Shown in pieces: positions 38,185-39,245 of a DNA stretch of 39,245 nt; within the stretch, counting starts at the first letter, position 1; each line of letters opens with the position of its first letter. The notes beneath the pieces were generated by a model that was not told the origin of the DNA, ran no database searches, and was given only the letters and a program-made list of their open reading frames with translations. The stretch lies in the NCBI GenBank assembly GCA_029838215.1, contig JALGVI010000019.1, positions 1 to 39,245 on the forward strand. The letters run 5' to 3'. The position numbers were made by a program, and so were the translations under genes. This DNA is from Candidatus Helarchaeota archaeon. GTDB lineage: Archaea > Asgardarchaeota > Lokiarchaeia > Helarchaeales > RDOG01.

Positions 38185-38808
38185 ATGTCACTTACATTAA
38201 TTAAGAAGTTTCATATTTTCTTTACAAGATGTAAAGGAAGTGGAAAAGTGATAAGACGTGCTTTAAAAGAAATTACAGAATTGAAATACATCATCATGTT
38301 GGGAATTATCGTCTCGGCAATTGCAATTGCTAAATTCATGGTAATCTCGGTATTTGTCGGCATGGATGTTTTAACTCTTTCCAATAGTGCTTTATATCTC
38401 ACGTCGTTTTCACAAGTGAGCGGAATAATGGCACGTCTTAGCATTTATTTAAGAATTTTAATCGTCGGCTTGATTTTTGCTTGGATGATTTCTCTTACCG
38501 TTCTTTTCATGGCAAAGGAAAACTCCATCATCCTTTTCGATTATGCACTGACTAGGCGGCAATTGGCAGTTCTATTAATTATTTTCAGCACACTAAACAT
38601 GATCTTGGGATGGCCTGCTTTTTTTGGAGGAGATATCGTTGGCATCATCACGGGAATATTGTATATTTTTAGATCTTTGGTTTCGGATGATTTCTGGATT
38701 GAAGAAGAAAAGCCTCCAGCACTCGACTACGAAAAGCCTCAAAAAGTGAAAGAGAAACCACGATCGAAGCAGGAAGGCAAGACAACCACATCAAAAAATG
38801 AAATATGA
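38185..38808 (+). CDS. Hypothetical ~4-TM membrane protein
   Basis: Four hydrophobic segments and a charged C-tail. Divergent from kae1. Confidence 0.7.
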   Translation: MSLTLIKKFHIFFTRCKGSGKVIRRALKEITELKYIIMLGIIVSAIAIAKFMVISVFVGMDVLTLSNSALYLTSFSQVSGIMARLSIYLRILIVGLIFAWMISLTVLFMAKENSIILFDYALTRRQLAVLLIIFSTLNMILGWPAFFGGDIVGIITGILYIFRSLVSDDFWIEEEKPPALDYEKPQKVKEKPRSKQEGKTTTSKNEI

Positions 38809-38810
38809 AA

Positions 38811-39245
38811 TCATGTTTGGGATTCTTTTTCCTTTTTCTCGAATTTAGAAAAGTCAAAGTCGATTTGCACGTGCCGAAAGATAAAATATGAGGCAATTAT
38901 GAAAATGCTCGAGATGACTCCCCACCAGATATACCCATAAGAGACCGGCAATCCACCTGCTCTTGTAATTCCAAAAATGGGAGGATTGAGTATCGAAACT
39001 TCGAATATGAAAATTCCCAAGAGATGCGATACGGCTTGAAACACGTTTAGTGGAAGTCCTGAAAACCCATAATACATGGCTGCGCGCGGTTCACCAGTCT
39101 CGAGTTCGTCCTTGTGAGCGATGTCAGCCATGACGAGATATGGAAAAATATACCATCCAGCCAAGCCAACAGCCATAAAACATACAAAAATGATACCAAC
39201 AATGGTGATGACTACTTGAGAAACGAAACCGAAAATGACGAGATA
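38811..39245 (-). CDS. MFS transporter, MelB/GPH-like (C-terminal part, 5'-partial)
   Basis: MADIAHKDELETGEPRAAMYYG motif. The frame is open to the window end (YLVIFGFVSQVVITIVGIIFVCF). Confidence 0.8.
   Translation of the reverse strand, partial: YLVIFGFVSQVVITIVGIIFVCFMAVGLAGWYIFPYLVMADIAHKDELETGEPRAAMYYGFSGLPLNVFQAVSHLLGIFIFEVSILNPPIFGITRAGGLPVSYGYIWWGVISSIFIIASYFIFRHVQIDFDFSKFEKKEKESQT

Noticed and set aside
1734-38896. Numerous 60-170 aa overlapping ORFs in the track (e.g. 7556-8005, 10281-10790, 12236-12775, 35785-36261)
   Set aside because: They lie antisense or out of frame within well-supported genes and lack motifs.
1-39245. CRISPR array, rRNA or tRNA genes
   Set aside because: No regularly spaced repeats or RNA-gene signatures seen; nearly all sequence is protein-coding.

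Overview
This is an archaeal chromosome segment, most likely Asgard (Lokiarchaeia/Helarchaeales-like). That assignment is an inference from eS1/uS15, separate kae1 and bud32 genes, glycosylated Ig/FN3-like surface proteins, a PGF-type C-terminal anchor and multi-TM chemoreceptors. The left part (1-15.8 kb) is accessory. It holds a giant single-pass receptor-like protein, a secreted Zn-dependent PLC/P1-nuclease-fold enzyme, GlmU, two chemoreceptors, two crotonases, an ArsB/NhaD permease, an alpha/beta hydrolase and a Cys-rich gene remnant. The right part is the conserved archaeal kae1-bud32-rdgB-rps15-recJ(DHH)-rps3ae run on the minus strand, with two interruptions. First, a membrane protein with a PCI-like winged helix is translationally coupled between bud32 and rdgB. 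Second, a ~16 kb AT-rich surface-glycosylation island sits between rps15 and the DHH gene. The island carries 5 GT4s, 2 methyltransferases, a radical SAM/SPASM enzyme, a UDP-xylose-synthase-like enzyme, GalU, a flippase, a 943-aa GT-C-like fusion and a heavily sequon-laden membrane protein. I found no tRNA, rRNA, CRISPR array, integrase or transposase. All domain calls come from reading motifs by eye; no searches were run.
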